Positions 16,525-34,082 of a stretch of 64,000 nt of DNA are shown one piece after another. This DNA is from Eledone cirrhosa (Eukaryota), in the NCBI GenBank assembly GCA_964016885.1, contig OZ024743.1:238638001-238702000 (forward strand), read 5' to 3'. Under the pieces are notes generated by a model that saw only the letters and a program-made list of their open reading frames with translations, did not search any database and was not told the DNA's origin. The first letter of the stretch is position 1; the number at the start of each line of letters is the position of its first letter. The position numbers were made by a program, and so were the translations under genes.

Positions 16525-16986
16525 GCACTCACACACGCACACACACGCACACACACACAGACACACACATAGACATCTTTTTTTCTTTGATTTATAAGGG
16601 AAGAATACATTGGTGCATCATATTTTATGTTAAGTATTTTCGCCACCTGGTGCAAATATATCATAACAATATTTAGGTATTTCATTTCACATAAATGCAA
16701 TTATTCATGGAGTTGACTCCCGCTCTATCACACACAGACACACAAACACTATCAACACTTCAGCATGCTTACCAAGAAGTATGAAGTACATAAACAAGAT
16801 TTCCAATACGGAAATTTACTTTAACACCTTGCTTTGGTAACAAGATGAATCAAATTTGATTTCTCTTCCGTATTTCAGTACGAGGGAGTAAGTAAATAAG
16901 TGCGCACTCACGATATCGATAGACATTGAAAAGCTACCGTTTGTGGTTGAAGTTTGTAGCTTAAATTCTCATAGTGTAACTGTATG

Positions 16987-17032
<46 letters not shown>

Positions 17033-17040
<8 letters not shown>

Positions 17041-17456
17041 TAAGAGGAATTGCAACTTTGTCTGATTTACTCGTTTTATTTACAATCCTTTAAAATTTAT
17101 AATGGTATTATAATGAAATAGTATGATAGAATATTAAATTCTAAGTGTTAATTGAACAAGTACTTTCATGCTTTCGCAATCTTCAGGTTCATAATATGTG
17201 GTGACAGTCAAGTTTGCAATTTTCAACTGTGTGAAAACTGTGTGAAAACTGTATGAAAACAGTTGAAAATTGCAAACTTGACTGTCACCACATATTATGA
17301 ACCTGAAGATTGCGAAAGCATGAAAGTACTTGTTCAATTAACACTTAGAATTTAATATTCTATCATACTATTTCATTATAATACCATTATAAATGTTAAA
17401 GGATTGTAAATAAAACGAGTAAATCAGACAAAGTTGGAATTCCTCTTATTAATATA
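17033..17456. repeat. Near-perfect ~200-bp inverted repeat (PLE pseudo-LTR-like fold-back) between (TA)n tracts
   Basis: 17033-17230 is the reverse complement of 17259-17456; spacer is tandem CTGTGTGAAAA-like 11-mers. Confidence 0.92.
17298..17336 (+). ncRNA. Minimal type I hammerhead ribozyme (mirror copy at 17153-17191 minus)
   Basis: UGAAC-CUGAAGA-U-UGC(GAAA)GCA-U-GAAA-GUAC-UU^GUUCA; palindromic stem III (AAGUACUU). Confidence 0.8.
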
Positions 17457-17486
17457 ATCTTCTATACACAATTATACACACCCGTG

Positions 17487-17567
<81 letters not shown>

Positions 17568-17797
17568 CTAGCTGTCGTCTGTTCTACAGTGTGGATGTAA
17601 TTCACTTCGCGCAGAAGTTTTGTTCAAATTTATTGCGGAAATTTTGTGAGTTCAAATTTAATTTTGATACTATTATGTAGCTTGACCCCCCGTCTGAACT
17701 GTCAGGCGGTGGGTCAGCTCATCTTTACCCCTTCTAGAGGTGAAAAACCTGTTTTAAAAAATTTTGTGGCAAAAAAAATTTCAATCGTCTGACAGAA

Positions 17798-19730
17798 ATG
17801 TTAAACGAAGCGAACGAAAATAGTGGTGGGGGGGGGGACAGCGGTAAGAGTTGTAAGCTCGCATGCTTTAGTCCCCCCTTCCTTCCCAACTAACGTCATA
17901 GAGAAGGAAGGAAAAAATAAAATAAAAACAGACGAATCTGCGGAGAAAAATGACGAAAACACAAATCTGGACATGGATTCCAACAACGAGAAAAAAAAAA
18001 ATTTGAAAAATTGCATGACAATACTAATACCACAAACAAAGACACAACAAACACAAAAATAACATTTGAAAATAACACCATAACAGAAAGCTAAGCAGAC
18101 GACAGAGTCAACAAAATTTCATTTGCACAAAAAACAAAGAAATCTTTGACATATATACCTGAAAATATTTCAGATGTGGCACGAAGAATCACAGACGCCA
18201 AACAATACATAAGTGAAGGAGAGAATGGTATTTTATCGGTAAAAATGCCTCAAGAACTCACCAAAGACATTGAATGTCGAACGGTCGTGTTCCGCACCAT
18301 CAACAACACTTCAAAAAAACCTGAACAGCCAACTCAGGTAGATATCAAAACAGTACTCACAGAAGTACTTAATGAAACCACTTTCATAAGAAAAGACAGA
18401 CTGTATGGAAGCCTAGCAATCATTATGAAGAACGAATCGGCGGCAAAAAAATGTGCTTTGTCACCGATTCGTTCGAAATATTTTACCTTTTATCCATCTT
18501 ATATGGTAAAAGAACTCAACGCATATGGCTGGATGCAATGATGCCATATGTGGACTACTGCTGGCTCATAGCTGGCTTCATCGATCCAGTGAATGACAAC
18601 GTGATTTCCATTGGGAAAACCACAGGCAATGCGTTCAGTGGAACAGGTATAGAGCTGGTAGTGCAAATGAAGCCTGAACGCATCGCCCAAATACCCGACA
18701 GAATCCTATTAGAGGGCCACGGGTATATAAACATTAGCGTGGAGGGGAGAAGGCCGTCCTGTCATATCTGTGCAGGTAGAGGGCACCTGAAGGCCGCTTG
18801 TCCCCAACTCAACAAAAAGAAAACCCTGCTACCAACACCAGCTCCACCACCACCACCACAACAGATAAACAAACAACAAAACTCAGTCCCACCCAACCCG
18901 TCCCTCAGTAAAACTACACCACCACCACAACACAAACAGTCACAACACATTACCCCAAAACAAAATACAGGCCCACCCAACCCCTCACTCAATAAAACAA
19001 CACAACCACCGCAGACACAACACACAACACAGTCTAACATAGTGACATCCATCTCCCCCACAAAGAAAACCAACACGGAAACATTACCAGCAAACATACC
19101 TCTTCCCTCCAACACTGAAGATAACCCAACGAATTCGGAGGAAGAAACGGAATCCTTCAGACAGATTAAAAGGAAAAAAAGAAAACATGTGCAAAACACA
19201 CAAGGCCAAACAACCCCAAACCAAATCTCAACACAATCCAACAAAACAGAAAACACCCCTCCAGCAAGAAACAAAACCAAACCTACCCCTCCCCTCTTCG
19301 AAACACTCACACCATCCGAAAAAAAGACATTACACTATACTTACATCAACAGAAACAATAATAAATTAAATGAACTCATATACAATAATCCTTCGGTACC
19401 GAAGGTGTAAACTTTGTTTCTTCAGAAAACTACCCACATTTAAAATTAATAAAGATTACAATGAAACTCTACCAAAAACTAAAAAAGGATTTTAAGGAGG
19501 ACGTAGGACCACCCTCTGTCAAACCCATAAACCGCGTCCTACTAAAAAGCTTTCCCCTCCCCTCCCCTCCCCTTCCCCTCCCCTCCCCTTCCCCTCCCCA
19601 ACACAACTCCAAACACCCCAACCCCACCACACACTGACGATCCCACACCACCACAAGACACCCCTACACCCAACACCCCCGACCCCATGGAAGTCGTGCG
19701 ACCCGAATCCCGGGAAGCGGAAAGGTAGGT
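17798..19730 (+). pseudogene. Tx1 ORF1 (gag-like, zinc knuckle), frameshifted
   Basis: VEGRRPSCHICAGRGHLKAAC CCHC knuckle and Pro/Thr/Gln-rich tail, split over ORFs 18146-18541 and 18451-19410. Ends are approximate. Confidence 0.8.
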
Positions 19731-19761
19731 CTCTACACTCTCCTTTGGCTCTGCCGCCCAC

Positions 19762-22700
19762 ATGGATGTGTTAAGAGTAGGATGTTTAAATGCACGTGGC
19801 CTGGGCTCAACTTGGAAGCAAGCAAAGCTTCTAAATGACCTCAGGTCATGTGGTATAAATGTAATGGTTATCTGTGAGACTCGTATCAGCGTCGTGCGGC
19901 AGCTGGCCCCTATTTTCGATGACTTTGCGGTGCATGCATCTCTCTGTCAACCTAGAGGTGGGGGTGGGGTTGTCGTACTGCTGCAAAAACACCTGGGTCT
20001 TGCCGTACAGGTTGTGCACTCGGACCCGGAGGGTCGTTTGTTGGTGCTAGACGTTGGTAGTAGTGAAGGTGCGGCCTTAAGACTGGTCGCCGTCTACCCC
20101 CCTTTCGGAGCTGAACGGCCCGACTTCTTCCAGCGTTTAGAGACTTTTCTGGGAACGTCGCGTTCCTTGCTTCTAGCGGGGGATTGGAATGACATCCTAG
20201 ATGCACGTTGGGACTATGCAGGAGCATGTCCTAATACAGGGGGTGTAACAGCCTCAAGGGGTTACTCGACCGTTTTAACTTGGTCGATAGATATCGACTA
20301 GATTTTCCAACTGTGCCTACCTGGACTTGGAGAAACCACAGTGGTCAATCTAGATCGTACTTAGATAGATTCTTAGTTAGAAGTAAGGATAGGGACATAT
20401 TAAGTTGTCCAGAAATGCGCACGGTTGGCTACACGGATCACAAATTAGTGACCTGCGTAGTCAATCTCGAGAAAACACATAAACAGGGTCCCGGTTACTG
20501 GAAACTTAATTTGTCTTTACCGGCAAAAGAGACTTACAGAAACCGGATTAGCAGATTAGTTAAGGAGAAGTTGACGGGTGCAATCGTCAACAACCGATGG
20601 TGGGCGTCTCTCAAAAGAGAGATTAGAACAGAATCAATAAGTTATAGCAAGATGTTAGCTGCCGATAGGAATAGAAACGAGAAAGAATTAACAGGTAAAT
20701 TAGAAGAGGCAATCAAGAGCGAAGATGTGGCCAGAGTGCTGGCATCGAGGACGGCTTTGAACCAGTTTTTCGATGCAAAGCACGAAGGCTGCGTCATTCG
20801 AAGTAAAATACGTGCTCTAGGTAATGAGGGGGCCAAAGCCGTTGGCTGGGCCCGCGTGACAGAAGCTAAAAGTGGAAATCGATCCACCATCCGGTCGTTG
20901 CAAGACGAAGATGGACGGGTGATCCGGGAGCCTAAGCAGATGTGCGAGGCCTTTCAAAGGCACTTTGCCCGATTGTTCGGGGGAGGCGAGGGTCCAGGCG
21001 GGGACGTGGATTTCGGTCCATACCTCGACGGCCTGCCGCGTCTCTCGAACGAAGAGGCAGAGTCCTGCGAGGGACCAATCTCGGCTGATGAGATCGGAGA
21101 TGCGCTCAGCCAATGCAGCAGACGCAAATCTCCAGGTCTCGATGGTATACCTTACGAACTTTATTTAGCAATGCCGGTCTTCTTCTCCGAACTCCTCGAA
21201 GCGGTCTACTGCAATTGGCAGCAGAACGGGAGAATTCCTTGTTCTGTAGCCAAGGGCGTAGTCACGCTGGTGAGGAAGGACGAGAACAAGGGAGATAGTA
21301 TAAATAATCTTCGTCCCATAACCCTGCTAAACACAGAGTTAAAGATTTTGGCCAAGGTGTTAGCAAAGAGGTTGGCGCTTGTCGTGGGTGGCCTGGTGGG
21401 AGATGCGCAGACATGTGCTATCCCATCCAGGTCCATTCACGATAACCTCCACCTCATGCGATACATCATAGAGAGGGTTGGCAACAAACCCGGCTTCGGT
21501 GGGGCCCTGATCAACTTGGATCAGTCTAAGGCCTTCGATAGGGTCGACCATGGTTACCTGGATGCGGTGCTAGCGGCGGCTGGGTTCGGTCCTGTTTTCA
21601 GAGGCTGGATCACTGCCTTACATAGCAACCACATCTGTTCTAGGATCAAGGTGAACGGCTACCTTTCGAAGCCGTTCGAAATCACACGATCCATTCGACA
21701 GGGGTGCCCTCTCTCCTACCTTCTGTACGTATTGACTCTCGAGCCTTTACTGAGGAAGTTGGAGTTGTTACAGAGTATCCCCCTGGAACCAGGATTGAGC
21801 AAAGCGGTGTCGGCCTACGCCGATGACGTAACAGTAATGGTATCGACCGACTCGGAGATCGAGGCGATCGGTACCTTACTGGAGGATTACGATAGGTTGT
21901 CAGGAGCGAAACTGAACCGGGAAAAATCCATCGGGCTGCAACTCGGAACGTGGAGAGGCAGACCGATGCCTCCCGACGGTGTTGTCGGACACTGGACGGA
22001 GGGCCCGGTAAAGTTTCTTGGTGTCTGGTTTGGACCGGACCTCCAGGTGGAAAAGAACTGGAACGAGGTTACGAACAAGGTGTTTGCACTAACCCAGAAA
22101 TGGGCCAAGTGTCAGCTGCCCCTAAAAGGCAGGGCGGAGGTGGCGAACATTTACATAGCGTCCGTCACTTACTACCGCCTGACTGTCGTGCCTTGCCCTA
22201 AGGAAACACTCACCACCATGGAACGCATGCTCTTCCAATTTCTTTGGAAGAAGCGCCCTCCTATGGTGAGAAGATCCATCTGCTGCCAACAACCTTCGAA
22301 AGGAGGGCTGGGGATGCCGTGGTTGATGATGCGTAGGCACGCATTAAGGCTACGGCACCTACAGGTATTCCTCACTAGTCAACCACTGTGGGCTCCGTTC
22401 GTGAAACGAGCCTTTCCGAGACTCGTCTCGCTCACTGAGCTACAGTCCTGGGTCAAGCAAAGATCCGGAAAACTGGGAGACTGGCACACTGAGTGTGCTC
22501 AGGCGCTCAGGGCTCTCTGGCAAGCGGGCCAGGCTATCGGTGGAGAATCCACCTCATCATTCTATAGAGGGCTGGTGGCTAGCAGGGGCGATGACACCCT
22601 TGGAGAGTCGCTGGACATGGAAGAAGACGAACTGGCCAGCCTGTTCGGTAGGACTTTCGGCCCAGGACCAATGGACAACTTCCATAAGTCACTGGCCTAG

Positions 22701-23197
22701 CAGTGCTACCGAGGGACTCTACCCATTCGAGAGAGGCTCTACAGACACGGGCGCCCGGGAAGGGATCCCTCAAAAAAGATTTGCCCTAGATGCGTGCGTC
22801 ACGAAGAAACCGTTGCACACGCATTGGGCAATGTCCGGGCGTGGCTGATCTGTGGGGCTACGCCGAACGACTGCTGTCGCGGGTGGCGCCGATTCAATTG
22901 ACCGCCGAGTCCGTGATGACAATCAAACCGCCTCCCCTCTTCACAAAGGAAGCAAAGGCGGTTTTTCTGTGCGTAATAGCCATGTTGAAAGAGGTTGTTT
23001 GGTGGACACGATTGAAAGGTCGGAGGTCAGGCAACTTCCTCTCTGGCCATAGTCTGGTCTACTTCTTCCGATATCACTTCGGAAGAAGGATAAGAATGGA
23101 GAGAGAGGTGCTTGGCCACAGGCAGTTTTATGAAAGGTGGGTGATAGTGGCGAGAATGGCTCGTGTAAATGGGCCTTCTCTGTATACCATCCTGTAG
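19762..23197 (+). pseudogene. Tx1 ORF2 (APE endonuclease + RT), disrupted
   Basis: LNARGL, ICETR, AGDWN, SYLDRF, TDHKL, QGCPLS, YADD. Frameshifts near 20250 and 22830; stop at 22698-22700. Confidence 0.92.
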
Positions 23198-23409
23198 GTA
23201 AAGAAATAAAGGAGAGGGGAGCATCTTCTCCATGTGCTCCCCGGGCAAAGGATTGCACACTTTTTCGGGGGTGTGTGCAACCCCCATCACGTCTCCTCCC
23301 TTTTGAGGTTATTTTCGATTATTTTCATGTTACACCCTTTTTACTCGATTGTATGTAAACTCCCCCTTTGTATTTGTCCCTTCTTGTTATGCCTTTATGG
23401 TAAATAAAG

Positions 23410-23743
<334 letters not shown>

Positions 23744-23749
23744 ATATAT

Positions 23750-25915
<2,166 letters not shown>

Positions 25916-26420
25916 ATATATATATATATACAATAATAAGTTTATGAAATCACAATACCACGAGGTGCTTCGTGCAATGTATGGTACTGCTATATCGTGC
26001 TAGTCACTGTCTTACTCAATGCGACCTAGGGTTAAGCAGATGCAGAGTATAATGCTACGAAATTCGGTAACGAGGTGGCAGAATATGAACAAATTCACCA
26101 GGGCAATCAACAATAGTTCACTCTGATCAGTGACTTAACGATCATCATACATAAATATAATTTCATTTAAAAATAACGTCTACGGGACTAGAACTATTTC
26201 ATTCCTTTGTAATCATCTGGAATGTACATTTCCTCACAGGAATGAAAGAGTCTAGCCCGACAGAACTAATTTCTATTTGAAATAGATATGTTTATTCTCT
26301 GGTAATGTATAGTGTCTTTTATTCCCGATCACCTTCGGAAAATAATTCTTATATAGGTATTAACCTAATATATTCCTTCCATATACTGTACCGATTGTGT
26401 TGTTTTTTCTGTTTACCTTT

Positions 26421-26601
<181 letters not shown>

Positions 26602-26721
26602 GGCTTCTAGAAGACTAGAAACCGTATCATTCGGGAGAAATAATCAGGAAGCCCGATGATTTCTCCCGAATGAAACAGTTCTAGTCCTGTAGAAGCCATT
26701 TCTATATTAAATATATATCTA

Positions 26722-27840
<1,119 letters not shown>

Positions 27841-27888
27841 AAGTCTTGAAAGGAACACGAAATAAAGAAATAGAGAGCACACACACAT

Positions 27889-27949
<61 letters not shown>

Positions 27950-27964
27950 TGTATGTATGTATGT

Positions 27965-30260
27965 TCTAGTTTTATAATTTCACAAAGTTTTACCAATAGA
28001 GAGAGAGAGTCGGTTTCTAACAGACACAAGACTCTCTCATTGGAATTTACACATAAACTAGGTAGATATGTATGTATGCATGCATGTGTAGATATGGATG
28101 TTATTGTATGTGTGGATGTGTATGTTTTGAGTTGTATGTGTGCACGTGTATATGTTTTGCATCTGTACATGTGTCTATGCAGTTATTAGATGCAACATTT
28201 TTGGAATGTTTTACATATTTTTACTGTTCCATTAATGGATTGTACTTGTAATTTCCTAACTAGTTGTGTTCTTTCTGTTCCTGTGAAGCCCAGCTTCTCA
28301 AGATTTGTATTGAGGCAGTTACTAACATATCCCAGTGCCCCAATAATCACAGGCATAAATCTGAAGGTGTAATCAGGGTGGAGTATCTGCAGATTTCTCA
28401 TCATTTCTGCATAAATATTCTCCTTTTCCTTATCTTTGATATTATATTGGCATCTGCTGGGCAGCTAACTTCCACTACTGTGCATGCTTTCTTCTCCCAG
28501 TCCCATATCATAATATCTGGTCTGTTATGCCTGCATTTTATTTGGGGTTTTTTAGTGGAACATTCCACCAGTACTCTTTCATATTATGTTCATGGATGTC
28601 TTCCACATTACTGTAGCTTTTAATGTGTTTATTATCGGGGCTATCTTTTTTACAAACTGCATTGTACAGTGTTTTGGCCACTACATCATGCCTCATAGGT
28701 AGAAGGTACCGCGATGACATCTTTGGACAGCTGCTTATGACATGGGTGACATCTTCGATGTTAATTCTGTAGAGTCTGCACTTATTGTCACATCTAGGTA
28801 TTTTGCCTGCATCCCTATCTCTTTTGTGAATCAGGTATTTCGTGTTAATCTCCTGTTCCTGGATTGCAAAAGCGTATCCTTCAAAGTGGGAGCCAATATA
28901 GCGGTTGTTGGTCCAAGATAGACTACTTTCTTTATCTATATTACTCTCACTTTGGAGCTTCCTGGCAACATATCCATGCATGATTTTTGCTGATAGGCAT
29001 GCAGTTTTTCATCCATGAATTCACTGCGATACTGCTGAGCGACATCCCTGGGTGTGAGTTTTTGATTATCACAGGGAATATCTCTCGAGGAGTTCCTTCC
29101 CAACTCTCATGATCTTATCTGTTTCATGCAGATAGACTTGCTCTAAAAACGGGCTCCTACGCTTCGAGCTTCGTAGATGTTGTCGGAGAGATATGATGCG
29201 ACATTCAAATGTTGTCTGAACTGATGTTAGGCCTCTGCCTCCCTGCTTACGTTTCAAGTAAAGGCGGTCTATGTCACTGTTGATGTGGTGTTGTTCAGTA
29301 TTTTTCGAGTTCCAACATCAACTGCTTGGATTTCGTCTATCGTCCAATTGAGTATTCCAAACGTTGGTGTTAGGACAGGCACAGCAAACACACTGTGAGC
29401 CACTGTTTTGTTTTGCGCAGAGAGTTCCGATGACCAGATCTTTCTTAATCGGGTGTAGTATTCCCTGGTTACGCGCTCTTTATTGCAGATACCATTATAG
29501 GATATGTTCTCATCTATCCCCAGGTATCTGTAACAGTCCTCATCAGATATCGGTGAAACAGTTAGGCCATTGATGACAATGTTGCTCGATTGGGTTGTTA
29601 TTTTTCCCCGTTTTACAATCATGTATGAGCATTTATCTTGGCCAAACTCCATTCCTATTTGAGAACGTTGTAACCAGGTCAAGATGTTTCTTCATCCCAT
29701 CCATCTTCTTGGCATAGAGTTTCAGATCGTCCACAAAGAAATTATGGGTTAGGTTCGTGTTTCTGTCCTCCTGTGAGCCAATGATGTATCCCTCACATTT
29801 CTTGAGCAGAAAGTACAAATGGTTTAATGACAAGATGAATAATATCTCAGAGAGAATGTCCCCCTGAAATATACCTCTGCAATATTTTATTTTATCAGTG
29901 GAAATAGAGTCCTCTCTCTCTGTCTTTAACCAAGAAGAAGACAGCCTCTCTATGGCTCTGACAATAATGTCTGGGACTTTAGCCTCTATCATCCAAGAGT
30001 GGGGAACAGAATCGAAAGCTTTCCTGTAGTCCAGCCAGACTGTAGTCATATTCCTCCTAAGTTGTCGCATCTCCGACATCGCACGTTTGTTGATTAGGAG
30101 TTGTACAGCACATCCCCAAACCCCTTTACTTCCAGCTGCTTGTTCATCTGTGATGATGTTATTATTTTAACAGTGATCTTGGAGGAATACGTTCAGGCAT
30201 GCTTTATACATCTTATACATCAGGTTCTGGCATGCAATGGGTCGGTAGTTTTTTTGCCAA
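27965..30260 (-). mobile_element. Degenerate R4/Dong-clade LINE (RT + RLE)
   Basis: WLDYRKAFDSVPHSW, GIFQGD, FVDDLKLY, GGRGL, EDVTHVISSC..RHD, PVIIGALG; multiple frameshifts. Confidence 0.88.
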
Positions 30261-30350
30261 GTATGTATGTATGTATGTATGTATGTATGTATGTATGTAT
30301 GTTTGTATGTATGTATGCATGTAATTGCGAGAGAAAGAGAGAGAGAGAGT

Positions 30351-30437
<87 letters not shown>

Positions 30438-30783
30438 AGAGGGTGAGAGCTACCACACACTAGTATATATATCTAAAACATATCACAGACATTTACATTC
30501 CCATATACATGCGTACGAATGCAAAAACCTACAAAGCAGTACAAATACCCTCACGTTCATATGCCAGAGAACATAAGATGAAATTGGTATACGAAATAGA
30601 TTATTGAATATGTTATAGTAGATATTATGAACATTATGATAAAATAGTTTTGCGTATGTATATATGTGGGTAGTGGAGATATAATGTTAGGTCTATAAAA
30701 TGCAATATGTAAAATGATACTTATAAACGGAGAATATCAACTTTTAGTCAAATTGTAGACATGTAGAAGGTTTATATCTGTTA

Positions 30784-30851
<68 letters not shown>

Positions 30852-30857
30852 CATATA

Positions 30858-30953
30858 CACGGTGTCCCCCAAAAACGTATACGCAATTTTACCTGTACAG
30901 GCAATATTTATTAGATTGCTATTGAAGTATATATGCACTTTTTGGACAACCTG
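30858..30953. mobile_element. Tc1/mariner-type MITE (second copy, opposite orientation, at 35900-35999)
   Basis: TA-flanked imperfect TIRs of the CAGGGTGTCCC type; internal sequences of the two copies are reverse-complement similar. Confidence 0.65.
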
Positions 30954-31032
30954 TATATATATAATCAAAGATTAGCATATAAGAAAAAGATTCAAAATAA
31001 ATTTCAAAAAATTCACTGTACTTACTATGGTT

Positions 31033-31120
31033 ACCTTTACCGAATTGGGTTTCGAGTCTCAAAAATAAATGTATAGTCCTTGCGGGCTTCCATTGAAAAG
31101 ATAAACTCTCGTCAGAAGGT
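31033..31120 (-). ncRNA. Type I hammerhead ribozyme with long stem-II insertion
   Basis: ACCUU-CUGACGA-GAGUUU-(~43 nt)-AGACUC-GAAA-CC(CAAUUC)GG-UA^AAGGU. Confidence 0.72.
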
Positions 31121-31386
31121 TCTTTTCACTTGGAGAATATAAAATTCCCGAATTCAAATTACGAACTGGCGCTATTCAAAATTGTTGCGGAGATGAGAAT
31201 GAATGATGTGGAAGCAATTCTGTCCAGTGCCGTGTGTAAAGATAGAAAGCAGAGGCAGCGAGGTCAATCTACTACCACTATAAATAGCAGTAGTCAAAAC
31301 GAACAAATTTCATCTCGACCAGGGGGAGATTAATAATAATAAAGTATATATCCCTACACGCAAAAGGCCTATAGGGACACATGTAT

Positions 31387-31476
<90 letters not shown>

Positions 31477-31977
31477 GTAATTCCGTCGGAAAAGTCCAGG
31501 AAAAAAGAGTGCTCTATGTAGGTAACAGAGCTTAATAGTTATGTAATAAACAACATAAGGGGCACAAAGAATTGTTCTTTGTGTACCACAGAAAAATATA
31601 GGATTTTGCTAAACTTGAGAGCCACTTCTGCTTGCCTAAACTCAAAGACCGAGATCTTCAGATGTTGTCCTCATCTGAAATCACATCTGATCTGTAACTG
31701 GAGTGATACTCCTATGATAAATCAACCGCCTTGAACTCCTTCTCTGCTCTTTACTTCTACTACGGTTTTTTTTATTTGCTGAATCCATGTTCTGTACTCT
31801 TGTATCATTTTTCTCCCTTATCTCCCCTTACATTTCACCTTTTCCTATGTCCCCCCCCCCCCATATATTATTTTTGCCTTACCCTTCACATACCAAAATG
31901 TATGTGTATGTATGTGTATGCGTATATATATATATGTGTGTGTATATATATATATATATGTAGATAGACCAGGTTTT

Positions 31978-32038
31978 TTTCATTCTGATGATTGAAGGCA
32001 ACATTTTTTTGCTTTTAAGAAACTACTGGTGAATGGAA
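31978..32038 (+). ncRNA. Type I hammerhead, probably inactive copy
   Basis: Homologous to 33927-33986 but the triplet is GUG. Upstream 31520-31740 weakly resembles a decayed GIY-YIG C-terminus. Confidence 0.6.
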
Positions 32039-32260
32039 TAATTGCCTTATGTTGTTTATTACATTACTATTTATATGCATATGTATATTTGGAGTTATAG
32101 AAGGCTCATATGTATTATCTAAGATTGCGTGTTTGTGATATGTACGTATTTGTATGTGTATAATCGTATAACTATATATGTATGTGTGTGTGTATGTATA
32201 TGTATATGTGTGTATATCTGTGTGTGTGTATTTATATATATGTATATATATATATATTAC

Positions 32261-32325
<65 letters not shown>

Positions 32326-32330
<5 letters not shown>

Positions 32331-32992
32331 AGATAAGCAGAACAAGTAAAATTCAACCAATTTTTCAAAATAAATCAAAATTGATATACAATTAAAATTA
32401 ATCAAAATTAAAAAATATAATATAAATATTTACCTATTCAAATGGCCCTAACTGTACAGTTTCACTTTGCAAAACATTAGATATCACGTAGATATTAATG
32501 GAAAAGCAAATATCATCAGAGAAGCATTTTCCTATCCTAGGGTTAAAAACCCCAGGAACAACAAAATATATGACCTCACTCCAACTAATACAGGTCTGAA
32601 AGGTCGTGAAAGTGACCCATAAATACGTTGGTGTATAGTGAAGGCGGGAAATCGTAGACTAGCCGTCTATGATCGCTACCAAAAAAGATTTTTAGTAACT
32701 AAATAGAACGACAAGATTTTTCTCTACTTACTGGAGAATATTGAATAAGGTTAATATATATCTGAGGGTACAATGTACCCCCGGAAATATATAGTGTGTC
32801 TATGATTTAAGGTGGTTCTATGCTAATAATTTGATATACCAGAACTTAATATCAAGATAAGCAGAACAAGTAAAATTCAACCAATTTTTCAAAATAAATC
32901 AAAATTAATATACAATTAAAATTAATCAAAATTAAAAAACACTATATATTTCCGGGGGTACATTGTACCCTCAGATATATATTAACCTTATT

Positions 32993-32996
<4 letters not shown>
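32326..32996 (-). mobile_element. Non-coding PLE-like element with direct and inverted terminal segments
   Basis: 32326-32414 recurs at ~32849-32939; 32939-32996 is the reverse complement of ~32738-32798; (TA)n flanks. Confidence 0.75.
32445..32525 (-). ncRNA. Type I hammerhead ribozyme with extended stem II
   Basis: UUCU-CUGAUGA-UAUUUGC-(insert)-GCAAAGU-GAAA-CUGUACAG-UU^AGGG; palindromic stem III. Confidence 0.68.
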
Positions 32997-33088
<92 letters not shown>

Positions 33089-33512
33089 ATGTATATATGT
33101 GTGTGTATATATGTATATGGGCGTGTGTGTGTGTTTGTGTATGTATTTGTGTATGCGTATGTATGTGTTTATGTATTTGTATATGTATATTTATGTGTGA
33201 GAGTTTGTGTATATATTTACTTTTTCGTACATATGTGTACGTTCATTTGTGTGTATTGCTTACCACGCGTGTCTGTTCATTTATTCGTCGCTTGTATCGC
33301 TGTCAACTGTATAATAGTCTTTATTATTTTATTTTTTATATTTTTTTTCTTATATTTATTTGCGTGTGTGAATATGTAGAGGTGTAATTTTGTACATGCA
33401 TATGTATGCATTTATGTATGTGTATGTATGTACGTGTGTATATAGGTATGATTGTGTGCATGTATGTATGTATGTATATGTATGTGTGTATGGCTATGTA
33501 TGTGTATGTGTA

Positions 33513-33569
<57 letters not shown>

Positions 33570-33734
33570 CTATATATATGTGTGTGCATATATCTGTGTG
33601 TGGTTGTATATATGTATGTGTATGTATGGATGTGTTGATATTTATGTGCGTATGTATGTATGTGTATATGTATGTGTATATGTGTATTTATATACACATA
33701 TATATGTGTATATGTGTGTGTGTATGTATGAGTG

Positions 33735-33778
<44 letters not shown>

Positions 33779-33794
33779 CGTGTGTGTATGTATG

Positions 33795-33830
<36 letters not shown>

Positions 33831-33926
33831 AATTTTATTTTTCCTTTCCTTCTTCTTTCTCCAGCCTTTCATATAGATTGCATTTTTGTTTTTAAAATCC
33901 AAATTAAATAAACAGACCAGGATCTT

Positions 33927-33986
33927 TTTCATTCTGATGATTGAAAGCAACACTTTTTGCTTTTAAGAAACCAGTGGTAAATGGAA
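33927..33986 (+). ncRNA. Type I hammerhead ribozyme, intact core
   Basis: UUUCAUU-CUGAUGA-UUGAAAGCAA(CACUUU)UUGCUUUUAA-GAAA-CC(AGU)GG-UA^AAUGGAA. Confidence 0.82.
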
Positions 33987-34015
33987 TAATTTCCTTATGT
34001 TGTTTATCACATAAC

Positions 34016-34082
<67 letters not shown>

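Noticed and set aside
32755-32800. CUGAGG-GUAC(AAU)GUAC-CCCCG-GAAA-UAUAUA as another hammerhead
   Set aside because: The core lacks A9, stem I is weak, and it is antisense to the element's clear HHR.
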